A stretch of 61,520 bases of DNA from Patescibacteria group bacterium (GTDB lineage Bacteria > Patescibacteriota > Doudnabacteria > UBA920). The stretch spans positions 1-61,520 of the forward strand of contig DATAMW010000030.1 of assembly GCA_036266555.1 (NCBI GenBank), given 5' to 3'. Position numbers and translations under genes: made by a program. Of the stretch, positions 59,494 to 61,520 are shown one piece after another. The first letter of the stretch is position 1. Every line of letters starts with the position of its first letter. The notes beneath the pieces were generated by a model that was not told the DNA's origin, made no database searches, and worked only from the letters and a program-made list of their open reading frames with translations.

Positions 59494-60137
59494 AACCAGA
59501 GAAGAACAAATTGCTTTCCCCGGCTGCAAAGTATTTATCAAAAGTTGATCCAATTTTAGGAGCAGCGATTGAGCAAATTGAACTGGAAGAAAATCGGAAG
59601 CCGAATAAAAATCATCTTCGATCTCTAGTTGAGTCTATTGTTTCGCAGCAGCTCTCTGTAAAAGCGGCGGATACAATTTTTGCACGGTTCGTGGAACTGT
59701 TTGTTGCTAAAGGCGACATCAAAACGGCGCGCAGTTTTCCGACTCCAGCCCAGCTCCTAAACATGTCCGATGCCAAACTTCGTAGCGCTGGGCTTTCCGG
59801 CGGCAAAGTGAAATACATTAAAGACTTAGCTCGCAAAGTGGAAGCAAAAGAATTACAGTTGCATCGTTTGCAGAAAATGTCCGATGAAGAGGTTGTAGAG
59901 CACTTGGTGCAGGTGAAAGGAATTGGCCGATGGACTGGCGAAATGTTTTTAATGTTCAGCCTCGCACGCCCAGACATCTTTTCGCACGGTGACCTTGGCC
60001 TGCGCAATGCTATTATCAAATTGTATAAATTTAAAACCATTCCAACAGAAAAACAAATTCAAAAAATTGTAGCGAAGTGGTCGCCACATCGCACCCTTGC
60101 CAGTCGCTATTTGTGGAAAAGTTTGAATAATGAATAG
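59490..60137 (+). CDS. HhH-GPD family DNA glycosylase (AlkA-like 3-methyladenine glycosylase II)
   Basis: ATGA overlap with the upstream gene. HhH motif VKGIGRWTGEMFLMFSL, followed by HGDLGLRNA with the catalytic Asp position. Confidence 0.8.
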   Translation: MKPEKNKLLSPAAKYLSKVDPILGAAIEQIELEENRKPNKNHLRSLVESIVSQQLSVKAADTIFARFVELFVAKGDIKTARSFPTPAQLLNMSDAKLRSAGLSGGKVKYIKDLARKVEAKELQLHRLQKMSDEEVVEHLVQVKGIGRWTGEMFLMFSLARPDIFSHGDLGLRNAIIKLYKFKTIPTEKQIQKIVAKWSPHRTLASRYLWKSLNNE

Positions 60138-60157
60138 CGAGGGAGTAGTAAGCTGTA

Positions 60158-60186
60158 TTGACAAAACCTCTGAAAAAAGTTAAGAT
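60158..60186 (+). promoter_or_regulatory. Sigma70-type promoter (TTGACA-17-TAAGAT)
   Basis: -35 at 60158-60163, 17-nt spacer, -10 at 60181-60186. This argues against the track start codon at 60158. Confidence 0.45.
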
Positions 60187-60226
60187 ACCACGGTCCGCAA
60201 ATTTTTTTCATGAGGAGGAAAATATT

Positions 60227-60508
60227 TTGGTCGCATTAGAAATTATTCCATTGCATCTGGAGTTACCGAGTAATTCCGATAGCATCGCTAATTGTTTTTT
60301 CGTTGACGAAATAGGTACCGTGCAAAATGTTTCGGCAGAAAGCATCGAAGCCCATGCCGCTAAACATAACCTCAGAAAGCTTCCAGAGAAGTTCCGAGGA
60401 ACAGAAAAAGATGTCTACACCGGTATCGAGAATGATGATGACATTGTGCATCGTCTTCTTGCCAATCGGCCGATTCCGGTCCAGAAATATACTTGTATAT
60501 CAGCGTAA
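60227..60508 (+). CDS. Hypothetical small protein
   Basis: In-frame TTG at 60227, preceded by GAGGAGG (60212-60218). No recognisable motif; a terminator follows. Confidence 0.4.
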   Translation: MVALEIIPLHLELPSNSDSIANCFFVDEIGTVQNVSAESIEAHAAKHNLRKLPEKFRGTEKDVYTGIENDDDIVHRLLANRPIPVQKYTCISA

Positions 60509-60534
60509 ATCCGCAGATATATTCACCCCTTTTG

Positions 60535-60560
60535 GGAAGGCTAATTACCTTCCTTTTTTA
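60535..60560 (+). terminator. Intrinsic terminator
   Basis: GGAAGG-ctaatta-CCTTCC followed by T6. Confidence 0.7.
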
Positions 60561-60584
60561 TTTGCAAATTTCCCCAAAAAACCC

Positions 60585-60613
60585 TTGACAACCCTCACAG
60601 AAACCCTTAATAT
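60585..60613 (+). promoter_or_regulatory. Candidate rRNA operon promoter (TTGACA-17-TAATAT)
   Basis: -35 at 60585-60590, 17-nt spacer, -10 at 60608-60613, about 480 nt upstream of the 16S 5' end. Confidence 0.5.
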
Positions 60614-60813
60614 AGTTAAGGATAAATAAGTAATCCACAGGAGATTTAAAAAGGCAATAAAACACAGCAATTCTACTCAGATGTATCCGCCAGTTTGCGG
60701 AGATTATCTGGGGTCCGGCAAAAGCTTTAGACTTAGCTCCGGAGAATCGGCGCTCTACACAATTCGTGTATGAGTTTTTTATATCCTCAAATCGGCCTGC
60801 ATTCATCCCTGTA

Positions 60814-60822
60814 CTTTAACAA
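60814..60822 (+). promoter_or_regulatory. boxA-like antitermination element in the rRNA leader
   Basis: CTTTAACAA matches the core of the E. coli rrn boxA (TGCTCTTTAACAA). Confidence 0.45.
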
Positions 60823-61089
60823 CTGCATAGTGATTGAAATGTGTACAAACTTAATTTATTAAGTGTGTCGTCTGAGATAGTAGAAATACGAACCTTAGAC
60901 AAAAAACCAATTACGTCAATTTTTTGAGTTCAATGACTCCGTCTGTATTAAAAAGCAGACAAACGTTTTGATAGAGTGAACGTTCTAAAAAAATCAACTA
61001 TCGCCAAGTTCATAACTGAAGCACTGCTTCAATAGAAGCATCTACAGTCATACTTAAAAAACTTTCATCCACACGGTGTGTGATGAATT

Positions 61090-61520
<431 letters not shown>

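Noticed and set aside
60327-60806. ORFs 60327-60629 (+) and 60558-60806 (-)
   Set aside because: They overlap a better-supported small ORF, a terminator, the rRNA promoter and the rRNA leader. They have no start-site signals.

Overview
This window looks like a small-genome, CPR/Patescibacteria-like bacterium using the standard genetic code; lineage is an inference from gene content and the 16S 5' region. Genes are almost all on the + strand and tightly packed. The housekeeping backbone is ftsK, recA, lspA, comM-like, galU, ftsH, rnc, smc, rpsP, trmD, rplS, rny, ymdB-like, nusA and clpP, plus two tRNAs and the 5' ~430 nt of a 16S rRNA gene with a promoter and boxA-like leader. Three accessory cell-surface loci stand out. 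(1) 15.9-20.3 kb holds seven tandem genes sharing a C-terminal two-helix TrbC/VirB2-like (T4SS-pilin-like) membrane module with unrelated N-terminal ectodomains, and no secretion machinery is visible. (2) 27.8-38.3 kb is a ~10.5 kb insertion that splits the conserved rpsP / KH-protein / trmD / rplS cluster. It carries a duplicated cassette of small N-anchored proteins (three paralogs) followed by giant Cys-paired Ig-like-repeat surface proteins (1665 and 1246 aa). The two giants share a head domain, an FN3 plus DUF11-like tail, and an identical extreme C-terminal peptide VPDRTETAPQ. (3) 50.1-58.9 kb is an operon under a consensus promoter: a small HTH protein translationally coupled to a membrane-anchored 1536-aa tail-fibre-like protein with an internal S74-type chaperone domain, then a 1234-aa beta-helix (depolymerase-like) protein with Ig, duplicated CHB_HEX_C-like and triple C-terminal repeats. 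No phage structural or integration genes are present. Other points worth a look:
- a ~500-nt ORF-free, hairpin-dense region between a promoter and terminators (10.66-11.25 kb)
- a 106-nt hairpin closed by an 18-bp perfect stem (6013-6118)
- a DnaQ exonuclease fused to an apparently motif-dead DinG-like scaffold
- an unusually short, apparently hinge-poor SMC
- 11-bp phased AACTTTA repeats
- many leaderless-type gene starts
- a minus-strand SOD/peroxiredoxin cluster
All family calls come from reading motifs by eye; no database search was possible.
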